A stretch of DNA of 64,000 nucleotides from Amphiscolops sp. MND2022. Its lineage: Eukaryota. Location: NCBI GenBank assembly GCA_964187785.1, contig OZ076409.1:5892001-5956000 (forward strand), given 5' to 3'. Numbering within the stretch: the first letter of the stretch is position 1; every line of letters starts with the position of its first letter. Shown here piece after piece: positions 53,538 to 64,000 of the stretch. Position numbers and translations under genes: made by a program. The notes under the pieces were generated by a model. It saw only the letters and a program-made list of their open reading frames with translations. It had not been told where the DNA came from and did not search any database.

Positions 53538-56368
53538 TTAACAACAGCTACATTTCAGGAACATTTTACAGCCACTATCTTCATATTTAGTTTTGTAGTG
53601 ATTCCAGTAAATTCTCTTTAGATCGGATTCAAATGCGGCAGGGTGGTTTGGCAATTTAATGTTGTATTCTTGTTGTACAAAATTGCTAAGTTTGATGATT
53701 CGATTGAAGAAAAATTCCCGTGTACACTTTAAACGTGTGTAGTCAGACATGAAAATATTTTTGGTGTTACTTCTGAGCTCATAATTATTGTTGTATTGAT
53801 TTGAACAGACATAATCCCATATGGTGAAGTCAAAAAGGCCCATAGTGAGCTTGTTGAACAGTAGCAGATCCTGCATTTGAAGATGTAAAAGAGATCGGTA
53901 AATGGTGATATTTGTCAAGAAGTTGATGAAATGAGCTCCTATAGTCAATCCACTTGAAACAGATCCGCTGCAGCCTTTGTATTTTTTTCAAGTCTCCTCT
54001 GTTCGGATGCCAAACACCTGAAGCATAAGCAAGTGCGGGTAAAATGTAGATGCGGTACAATTTAAATTTCATGTCAGGGTTTAGCATTTTAGGAAGATTC
54101 CGACGTAACATGGCTAGGCGTTTATAACAATTTGCTATTTTAATGTTTATGTGATCGGTCCATGTTAGATTTGGAGAGACCCAGACACCAAGATCACGAA
54201 TACTCTTTGTTGTAGGATAGATATCATTTTCTCCCATGTGTAGGACAAGGTTATCACATTGAATCTTTGATTTACTGAAGTGTAATAATTTCGTCTTCTG
54301 AAAGTTAAAGTCGAGTTTGTTTTCTTCACTCCACTTCATTAGTGATAACAAATCGTTCTGAAGATCAATCAGAGATGAACTTGCTAGTTTGAGGTCGTCA
54401 GCGAATAGAAATGGAACACACTCACAATTCTCGGGCAGGTCATTTATAAACGCAATGAAGAAAAGCGGGCCGACCACTGAGCCTTGGGGCACACCACTTG
54501 TAATAGGACACTCTTCTGATTGACAGTTTTCAATTTTAACTTGTTGCACTCGGTTTTGCAAATATGAAGCTATTAGTTTGAGTAGAGATCCACCCAGACC
54601 CAGAGATCGTAGTTTTTTCAGTAGTATAGAGTGAGGGACTCGATCAAATGCTTTAGAATAATCCAAATAGATTGCAAAGGCTTTTTCTTTGGAATCGATC
54701 CACTCAAAGATTTTATCAAAGAACGACAGTAACTGGATGACACATGATCGGGATTTTCGAAAACCAAATTGATGGGAGGATAGTTTGTCCTGTAGATGCT
54801 TGGAAATGCTCCTGAAAAGAATTCTTTCAAATGCGATTGAAAGTTTGCTCAAAGAAGCAATTGGACGGTAGTTGGCTATCTCATTTTTCAATCCCTCTTT
54901 GAATATAGGTGTAATAATGGTTTTTTTTCCAGGATGTTGGGTACACTCCAGTTTCTACGATAACCTTTAATAGGTTGTAGAAATGTATTGAGAGACTGTT
55001 TGAACACTTTCGTAAAATTTGACCATGAATATCATCAGGGCCAATGCCATCAGTTGATAATTCTAGAGCCTCTTTTGCGATTTCGGTAGATAGTTTTACA
55101 TCATTCAGTACATTATCAGTAAAATCGGTGAAGGTATCGTCAAAAGCATTGAATACTGATCCAAAATACTGATTGAAGGCGTTTGCAATTTTGGAACTTC
55201 CAGTAATTTTTTTCTTTTTGGGATCAATCATTGTCTTCGGAATGTCGCAAATTTTGAGTTTTCTAATCAGTTTGTAACAGTCATTTACGTCACCATTTAC
55301 GGCACAAAACTTGTCGAGGAATACATTTGTGTCCAACTCAATAGAATTTTCAAGTTCTTTACAGATAGTATTGTATTTGATATAATTTTTCAAGTTGAGG
55401 CCATTTAGTTGCTTTAATTCTGTTTGGAGGCAGTTGAAGAGATGAATACTGTAAGAGCTCAAGTAATCCGGCAACATCTTTCGCTTTTGCCGTTTGCTAA
55501 CTAAGAACTGTTTGAGAATGTTTTGAAATGAAATCAGCCAGTCCGCAATGAAGTCGACAGAATTTTGGTCTAGTTCGAACGAGAATAGTGACTGAGCTAG
55601 TGTTAGGTCAATCGAATTTAAGTCGGTTGCTGCGAGACTGTATTGTTTGAGGTCAGTTTGTGTGTACATTGTTTCAGAGTTTTTAGGGATACCCACAGAT
55701 ATGCTGAAATGATCAGAAAAAGTTGGATGTTTTTCAATATCAAGAACTTCAGGCTCGTCATAGTTTGTAAATACCAGGTCAAGGACATTACCATCTTTGT
55801 GGGTTGGTTCCTTTACAAGCTGGGTGAAATTTTTAGCAGTAAGGAATTTTTCGGTTTCACAGAAATATTCTGTACTGATCGCTGGGAACTGTGCCCAATC
55901 CTCGTTTGGTAAGTTGAAATCGCCCATAATTAATACTTTATCAATGGAAGCGTTACTGAGAACATTATAGGCCGAGGATAAGCAATTTGAGATTACATCA
56001 TCAGGAACACGATACTCACTAGGGTTTGGAGGATTGTATAAAACAATAATTCCATAGGTATCAATTGATATACCACAACAAAATGTATTGTCCAAGCATT
56101 CTATTTTTGATGCAACCAGTTCTTTTTTTGCCATAATAGTCACACCTCCATGCTGATTGGTTTCACGCACGGCTTTTGCTATGACTGAGTAGGCAGCTGT
56201 GAGAAAAGTATTGTCTGAAGAAGATTCATCCCACCAGGTTTCAGTAAGGCAGAGAATATCAGGTAATCTTGATTGGAGAATACACGATAAGTGAAGTCTT
56301 TTTTCTAGGGATAAGATACTGCGGCAGTTTAAAAGAAAGATGCGATAGACATTTTCGTAATTTTCTAG
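53538..56368 (-). pseudogene. LINE ORF2p (APE endonuclease plus RT) with two frameshifts (~54925 and ~53890)
   Basis: LNCRS, LCLTETW, GDFNLP, LDLVF and SDH (APE). NYRPI, QFGFR, DYSKAFD, GVPQGS and FADD (RT). C-terminal CSCC. Confidence 0.92.
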
Positions 56369-57220
56369 TCAGTTCACCTCTACCAGTTCATCGTCTTTGT
56401 AGAGTCTCAATTTTTTTATTTTCAAACGGCTACGATCTATGCCACTCCTGATCAATTCGTAACGTTTGGCTAACAGTTGTTTTTCCAGTAAAAGGTCCTT
56501 TGGGGACAGTTCAGGGGTGATCAAAACCCTTTTGTTCAGGAAATATTTTTTCTCGATGGCCTTTGCGATGACTTTGCGAGCATCCCATACAGATCCAAAT
56601 GTTACAAGTAGGTTCCGAGTTCTATTTTTATCAAATTTCCCAAGTCGTTGAGTTTTAATAACATTTCCGGAGCAATTTAGATCATCAAGAACATTTTCGA
56701 CTTCGGACTTATCATGCAGTTGTCTATCTATGAAAAACTTGGAATCCATTTCCTCAATTCCGAATATTCTTATTTTGTAATGATAATTTTTGTCCTCAGT
56801 TATGATCGTTTCAGGTACATGCCGATCTCGTGTTTTAGGTTCTTTCGTAGATATAGGAATTTTGTTCGGCAACTTTTCTTCAATGACGTTTTCGACGATT
56901 GTTTTGATATCTTTTCTAAGTTCATCTAGTTTAGCATTTTCAGTTGAGTCATCAAAGGCTGATTTTTTGCTAACACACGAATCGCAAAAATAGGAGAAAT
57001 TTTCAGACGAGGATAAGTAAACGAATACTTCCTTCGGTTTTTTCAGACACTGAGAGTGAAGCCAGTGAGAACATTTTTCACATTGAATCCAGTCCCTCGT
57101 TTGTTGTGATCCATGACATACAGAACAGAGTCCATGATCCACAGCACATGTTCCACCCAGTTGAATTGTCCCATCACTGTTGGAAGAGGAGACCAGTGCA
57201 CTTCTTGTGAGAACCATCAT
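56369..57220 (-). CDS. LINE ORF1p with PHD finger
   Basis: CSVC…WIQCEKCSHWLHSQC…YFCDSC, then a coiled region, IRIFGIEE, RLGK…R.LLVTF and ITPELS. Confidence 0.9.
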   Translation of the reverse strand: MMVLTRSALVSSSNSDGTIQLGGTCAVDHGLCSVCHGSQQTRDWIQCEKCSHWLHSQCLKKPKEVFVYLSSSENFSYFCDSCVSKKSAFDDSTENAKLDELRKDIKTIVENVIEEKLPNKIPISTKEPKTRDRHVPETIITEDKNYHYKIRIFGIEEMDSKFFIDRQLHDKSEVENVLDDLNCSGNVIKTQRLGKFDKNRTRNLLVTFGSVWDARKVIAKAIEKKYFLNKRVLITPELSPKDLLLEKQLLAKRYELIRSGIDRSRLKIKKLRLYKDDELVEVN

Positions 57221-57401
57221 CAAGTTTTCATATAACCGGAAACTATTTAATAAGTTTATCACAACAATTAGGCTGTTCGTTGTGACAATTAGTTTCAAGC
57301 TAGTTTAAAACTTCTTTTGGGGGAGGAAGCACTCTCACGTCTCTTACCAGCAAAGTTAGGAATATTTTAATGCAAGACTTTAATTGCACTTCTTTGTTAA
57401 T

Positions 57402-57404
57402 GGG

Positions 57405-57440
<36 letters not shown>

Positions 57441-57442
57441 CA
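57402..57442. repeat. (GGCA)n microsatellite
   Basis: Read directly from the sequence. Confidence 0.95.
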
Positions 57443-57630
57443 CCAAGCTGGGACGTTACCTACTAAGTAATTGCATCAATAAGACTGCATTCAAAATTTA
57501 ATAACTAAAATAGCGCATGGTACATGGTATTTTATTAATTGCACTGAGTGGGGTTGAAGTTGTACTTGGTGAGTTTGGGTTTGATTGGTTCAGTTCCATG
57601 CTAGGACTGTTCACTGTTGGCGTCTTTTAT

Positions 57631-60600
57631 TCAATCAGTTTGTTCTTGTGGCGCTTCGTTTAATGTTTCTGGTAGCATATCCATTGACAGCAGTTCTTTG
57701 GGGTTCACGCTGGGCAATTCATTGAGTTCTAATTCTATATCAGCTACCTCCGACTGGGATATAGATACTGGTATGTTTTCAGGACGGTTTGGTGGCATCG
57801 TTACGTCATTGTCTGGAACAATTATATTGTCTTCTGACATCTGATTGGCTTGATAAGTATCATTGGTGGATATATCCATGTTCGCTGCTGTGATAACTTG
57901 TGGGGTATCTTCTGGAATCATGGTAGATATTACTGATGTTGTGCTGCCACCTGCAGAGTTTTCCTGTCCCGCTGCCTGTCTTTCTGCAGAGGAGCCCACT
58001 GGGCATTGCTCTGGCAGCTGATTGGCGAGGTCTTGGCGTCCATATCTCTTGAATGTGTTTTTGTAGGTTTCTACTGCAGTTAGATAGTCTGTGCACACTG
58101 AGCTGTTTTCCTCTTGTTGCTTAGCTATCACTTCATAAAGATTTCCATTGCCAATTTTGGGTTGCTTGGGGCTTCTGTGTTGATGGGCAAAGGTTTTCGT
58201 TTCGGTTCTTTGGCGATTTTAGGTATGGTTGCATTTAGCATTTGGTAATTGCGATAGATGGTCTGGTCTGCTTTTGGGGGATTAGGGGACCCTACTGGGT
58301 CTACAGGGTGGAGTTCTAATGACATTGGTATTGCGCACCGCGCTCTGGCTCGGATCAGAGTTAAGAAATTGTGCTCGATTTGCTTCTTGTCTTTGATAAT
58401 GGTGTACGTCATTAGGGGTCCAAAGTTGGCAAAGTCGCGTACTAGCGTCTGAAATCCAGGTGGTCTGGCGTCGTCCTGAGGGTTTACAAAGTGCAGTATG
58501 GATAGTGTGGGTGAGCTAGCAGCTACTCTGAGTGGTTGTGTAGGGTACCTGAGAGCCATCATGGAAGCAAATGTGGCCAGACAATCGGGGCAATCACTGG
58601 GATTAAATCTTCAGTTTCCACTAGCATTAGGCTGGTAACTTGCGAGGAGAAGAGGAAACCTGGCAGGTTTTTGTCGTTGTTTTGCTGGTTCGGTGGGTCA
58701 GGAGGGTCTATGGTGATCATGATGAGACGTTTATCCACGCTGAATAGATCCAGGCCAGCATTGATTCGATGTTTTCGGCTAGTTGAGCATTGAGCTTCAG
58801 AGCGCCCGCGGAATCCAGCGTTTTCAGAATTGCGTTGATCCAGCCTCGTTGGTTTCTTGCAAATATTAAGAAGCTAAGCAGGCAAAAGTTGGCTTTGCTC
58901 AGAACTAATTTCTGTACCAGGTGCGTTGGGCCTTTATAGAACAAGCTCAGGCCAGCGGCCATCAGGTAGGCGAGAAATTCACTGATCTTGGCCCGTTGCA
59001 TGGCTTCCACATACAACTTCGCTTGTTGCTCATCTAAGTTGTTCTCACGCTGTACTATTTTGGGTACCCAGAATGGTGAGATATTATACAGGAATATCGG
59101 GAATGGGAGTCCATGACGTTCGGCCACTTCGGCCAGGGTTTCCTGTAGTTCTAGGTGCCATGATTGGTATGAGTGTCGTGGGTTGGTTCGGTTTTCCTGT
59201 GCTGTTTTCTGGGCTAATATTGATAGAAGCACTAATGTTGGAGAGACCATGTTTGGTTTTGAGTCAATTGCTTGTGTCGCTACTGGGAAGACAGTCACTT
59301 CAGTGCGAGTTTGTCTGATCTTCTCTGTCTTCTTGGAGAGAGCTACCAGCTCTTTATGGAATTTCGCGTTGTGCGTCGTCTCGTCCAGAGTTGACTCGTC
59401 TCTTTTTTTTTCGAACCATATGTTGTCAATCATGTTCGCTCTCTCGTGTTCGTTTGGGTCTCTGTTACGGCGCATTCCATTATCGTCAAAGATGCGGTGT
59501 GCCATTTGCATCCCAAAATCGAAGGCGGTGGCATCATCGGCTGACAATTGCGATTTTCCTTGGTATCCAGTATAGCTTGTAGAGCCTTTGATACTTCAGC
59601 CAAGAGTGCAGAGTATGAATTCTCACATGGGCGCCAGGTCATGGCACTGACCCTTAGGTTTTGGGCTACAATGTAGAAATGAAGGTTCTGGGCGTGGGCG
59701 GCTTCAGATAGTAGATACAACAATTGTTGGAGTGGTAGTGGTAGATATATATATCCTGGGGGTGACACGAAGATTACGCCTACTGTGGGCTTTTTTCTCT
59801 GTACTTTCCCAATAACATTCCTCATGGTTTTAATGTATGCCACTACTTCGCCAGTCAATACTGCTTCCGTTAGCCTTCGATTTCCTCCTTCAAAGTGTTT
59901 AACTGTTCCTCGAAGAGCCAAGTGACCAATTACATTGCTGTAGATCAATATTGGGGGAAATGGGATTGTTTCAGAGTGATTTGCGGTGGGACCGAAGACC
60001 TTGCAGGTCACCTCGGCCATTTCCTCTAACGATGAGCACGGCAGATTCATCACTGGAACATCCATTAGAGTGTTGTTCATATTGGCCGTTGCCTTCATTG
60101 TCGAGTCCATGAATAAGGCGATCTTTGTCTTTTGAAGCACCTCTTTGCCCATGGGTTCTGCTTCCTCTACCCCTTCCCCGCTGAAAGTTGAAGGGAGCAT
60201 GAGATGGGGGTCGTTGTCGTGAGGACGTTGTATACATGTGGAGGCAGAAGCTGAAGTGGATGCTAGCATCGGTGGTGGCATGGCTGGTAGTAGGCACGTG
60301 AATTGTTGTGTTGTGACAAGTGACATTGGTGGTTTGTTTCCAATGTTGACGGGAGCTGAGGAGGCGTGTAGGGGTGCCATGGGGGAAGGCCTAGCAGGCT
60401 CACTGTAACGCAAGCTTGATCGGTTGTCGTCAAAGTGGTGAGTCAGGTCATGGCCCTGCCATGTTCCCTTGTGGAGTTCGGCTGTGCGGTGGTAGGAGCC
60501 AATTCCAATAGAAATGGAGAGCGTGAAATCAGGGTGTGTTTCTAATGTCTGCATTTGGGCGGTTAGCATGGCTATCCCGGTGGCTAGTGTTGGTGAGACG

Positions 60601-60782
60601 TCAGATTGAAGGTTTGCCTGGGTCAGACCAGGCTGGTCGGTGTAGGTTTGGGGCTCTGCGACAGGCAGCGTGGACACGGAAGATACTGGCCCAAGTGGAC
60701 ATGGTAATTGGTTCCTGGATGATTGGTCCATTGGCCAAAATGGTAGCACCTTTATTGGAATTTGATCGTTTACAAACTGCAA
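57631..60782 (-). pseudogene. Extra retroelement ORF (~1000 aa, broken by frameshifts) with an SGNH-like domain
   Basis: Four consecutive same-strand ORFs (60782-59430, 59547-58717, 58562-58128, 58131-57631) with uniform composition. Confidence 0.65.
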
Positions 60783-61030
60783 ATGAGTGATAGCAATGCT
60801 GGTGGTGGCAGGTGCAAGCGCGTGAACAGGACTGAACTGAAAGAAACAACTAGCGTCAATTTTTGGCTAAAATGGTGTTACGTGAACTCAAACAAGGTAT
60901 AGTTAAAAATGTAGCAGGATTGACTAAACAGTCGGCGTAAAAAAATTTGAACGGTTGTTCAATTTACATGAACGCTTAAAAGAGGAATAGTCCATCCAAT
61001 GACTATTGCTAATTGCTACAAGGACTCAAG

Positions 61031-64000
61031 CTAATTTGTGCTTTGTCCGGGTAGGGTACATTTTGACGTATGCAATTGATACATCACCCTGTCGTGGAGC
61101 ACTATGTCGACTTTTGAATCAATGAAGTGATCTCGCAACATTGAATACCAAGTTGGTAGTATGTTGATTGACCTTTCAGGATCATAGATGGGAAGGTGAA
61201 TTCGGGTGACTTGGTCTTGCGTGAGCTTTTGCACTAGATCTAGCAGGCACAGATGTAGTACATCATGCAATATGGGATGTTTGTTGGAGGCTCTTGTAAA
61301 TAGTAGAAACATGCTGTTGTTCCATGGCGCGTCGGGTGACTTAGCGAGGTGTATGGCCTTCCCTACGGCAGGTCGTAGTTTGAAAATCTTCTCTTGACCA
61401 TATTCCCTGATGACATAACGTGCCATTGCTGACTAGGAGAGCAGGTCAGCCGGACAGCATATTACCACAGTACCGAGTGCTTGCAGTATATTAGTCTCAG
61501 CGTAGGTTATCCAGGGTAAGTAATTGGACTTGACTTTCGGGAGCGTTGTTAACAATTTCCCTGTGAGTGTGCTTTGATTGTCTTGATTTGGTGCGAGATG
61601 ATCTAGAATGGCTTTGCGGTCTTGCCATATTGTTCTGCGTAAGGGACGGTCTCCCAAGTTTGTGCAGGACTAATTGTGAACTACGGAGAGTGCTTCAAGC
61701 ACGGTCGTTGGATTCTCGAATGCATACATGTATTTGTCTATTAAACGTATTTTGGCTTGGCGACAGAAGATAATAGCTAGTAGCTGTGACCAATGTTGAC
61801 TAAGGAATGATCCGCGGTAGATGTCTGCTAGATGGAAACAGTGTGTCCTCGAACTCCACTAGGGTACGTAAGTTTTCTAGGAAATTTAGCAGAATTCCTG
61901 GAGTCACTGGTGATACTTCATCCAAGGAGGTGACTAGTAGCCAGCAGCCAGTTGATGGGTGATACACATCTCCCGGGGGGGGGGAGGTCACGCCCAATTG
62001 TTGCTATAGCTTTTGCGCGGTGATACAGCGTACCATTGCTATGTTCGTGTCTTCTGGTCCAATTTCTCCGAAAACCATCGATGGTGGGAGTGGAGGAATT
62101 ATAGCGGCTAAGGTAATTTCAAGTCCACTCTTATCATGCCGCGTCCACTCTTTGAATCGATAGGCAGGACAGTCTGAAGGTGATGTCTCGTGCACAGCCT
62201 TCAAAGTGGTTTCCAATGGTGGGATCACACCTGGTTCAATGCTCGAGTATGTCTTTTCTACTGTAATGAGAATATGGTGTACTTGTGGACCGTCCTGGTT
62301 TTCAGTCTGTATGGCCCAGATTGTACGTTGTTCATGGTCTTCAAAAGTATCCTCTTCAGCTAAAATGGGGGTGAGAGCGCCCACTCCCCGGGCCAATTGG
62401 TCGTCCGGTGGTTTTCGTTCGATTAGGTTGACTCAACTACAGTAGCGGGAACCACATGTTCCGCACCGGTATCGTGGTGCCCTGTTACGTCGTAGTTGGT
62501 AAGGTGGGGGTTGTGAAGGTGTTGGTGGTTGTGCTTCTCGCTCCTCTGGTGACCTACTTTCCGCAATGTCGGGTAGTGTCATAGCACGTTCTAAAGTTTG
62601 TGATTGAATTCTAGTTTCTGTTCTTCCTCTCGATCGAGTGTATGGTCTGTTTTGTTGTGTGAGTGCTCTGCTTGATGAAGTGGTGCTTCCTCTTCTACGA
62701 CCTAGAGGTCTACCTCTTGGTCTGCCCCTCCTGCTTGCAGTTCTCCCGGGTTTTGGTAATGCTTCAATGTTTCGGTCAGATTCTTGGATTTCTTCGTTGT
62801 ATTCTTCTTGGGGTTCAGCTTCCTGTGCAAGTTCTAGTCTTCCCGAGCTACCATTTTGAGAACTGTATGATGGAAAGTTACTCAAAGTGTCGGTAAGGGC
62901 TGGGTTCGACAGTAGTGGTGCCGAAGTTCCTGATGGTGAGGGTATTAGGCTCTGTGGTTGTTCGGGCAAGACTTCTTCCTGATCTGAGAACAATGGTTCC
63001 AGGTCGTCAATGTCAGGGAAAACCACTGGTTGCTGTGTTTCTGGAGAAGGTGGTGCTATTGGTTCTTGGTCAGATTCTGATTCGGATGGATATCCAAAAT
63101 GGCTAAATCGCCTGCGTGGGATTCCTTATTGCAAAGCGGATTGAGTGCGTGTTTGAATTGTGAGGGGTGGAACGGGTGCAGTTGGTACCATTTCGAATGA
63201 TGCCTCTGGCAGTTGTTCTGGAAGGAACGAGTCACACGATATGTCCGATGTAATTTCCTCATTGCTTTCTTCTGCGTATGGGTCTGCAATGATGGCGACG
63301 TTCTGGTCTGGTCCAAATGGTTGGTGTGTTGCCCAATCCCAGGATGCAGGCACATGCTCCTTCAATCGCTCAAAATGGACTTTTTTGGCCTGTATCCCAT
63401 ACGTATAGTCGTCCATCTTGTAGCACGTCTGTGACCTTTATGAGGCCCGCGCCAGGCGCGGAGAAGCTTGCGGGTACCGCCCTTGGGAATTATATGGCAG
63501 AAAACCCAAACGGCGTCGCCTACGGCGTGTGCTTTTGCTTTCAAGTGTCGATCAAACTTCTGTTTCTGTCGTACCTGCGCCTGGTGCGTGTTTCTGCGAA
63601 CAAGTTCGTGAATTTCCTGTTGTCTGGCGAGTAGGTGTTCTACAAATTCTTCCTTAGACTCGAATTCTCGTGCTGCAAACTCGGGATATATGAACGAGAG
63701 CGGAATGGATTTTTCCGCGCCATGTTGGAGCATGTACGGAGAGAACCCAGTTGTAGCATGCCTGGTTGAACTGTAGGCACCCAGGACTCCATCTATGTCC
63801 TCGTCCAAGTCGAGCATTCTGCGAGAAGTGTAGACTCGGAGCAGAGTGAGCAATGTTTTGTTTTGTCGTTCCACCAGGCCATTGCCTCTTGGGTGTGCTG
63901 GAGTCGATGTCACTTTAGTTTTTTGCGAGGCTTTCATCAGTTCCTGTGCAATTTCCGCGGTGAAGTTGGTGGCGTTGTCTGACTGCATCCTGGCGGGGGT
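61031..64000 (-). mobile_element. Decayed Gypsy/Ty3 pol: integrase plus long C-terminal extension with macro-like domains (continues beyond window)
   Basis: QSDNATNF…PAHPRGNGLVERQN…HATTGFSPY…W.GP..V…VHFERLK. The downstream ORFs are separated by single in-frame stops or frameshifts. Confidence 0.9.

Larger units (their letters stand above)
53531..57345 (-). mobile_element. Near-full-length CR1/L2-group LINE
   Basis: ORF1 with a PHD finger, ORF2 with APE and RT, and an A-run directly after the ORF2 stop. The 5' boundary is approximate. Confidence 0.93.

Overview
AT-rich, repeat-dense eukaryotic DNA, probably from an invertebrate animal. No prokaryotic features are present. One host gene runs on the minus strand: an RERE/atrophin-2 (EGL-27-like) gene. 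Five coding exons (50285-50135, 47512-47442, 36632-36533, 18941-18606, 16138-15859) have GT-AG sites, join in consistent phase and encode the N-terminal BAH domain. I could not find the following ELM2/SANT exons. The introns are filled with non-autonomous Helentron/DINE-like elements (at least 3-4 families, some carrying tRNA-like Pol III cassettes or a 171-bp tandem array), Tc1/mariner and piggyBac MITEs, hAT remnants, a BEL/Pao remnant, a 5'-truncated LINE and a tRNA-SINE. Upstream of the gene (50.5-64 kb) is a nested retroelement cluster. It contains a duplicated LTR with a 74-bp palindrome, a near-full-length PHD-ORF1 CR1/L2-group LINE, and a decayed Gypsy element. In the LINE, ORF2 follows ORF1 in frame across a single UGA-CUAG codon and has no AUG of its own, which suggests programmed readthrough. 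The Gypsy element carries TARG1-like macro domains after the integrase and an extra ORF with an SGNH-like domain. All domain calls come from motif recognition by eye, not from database searches.
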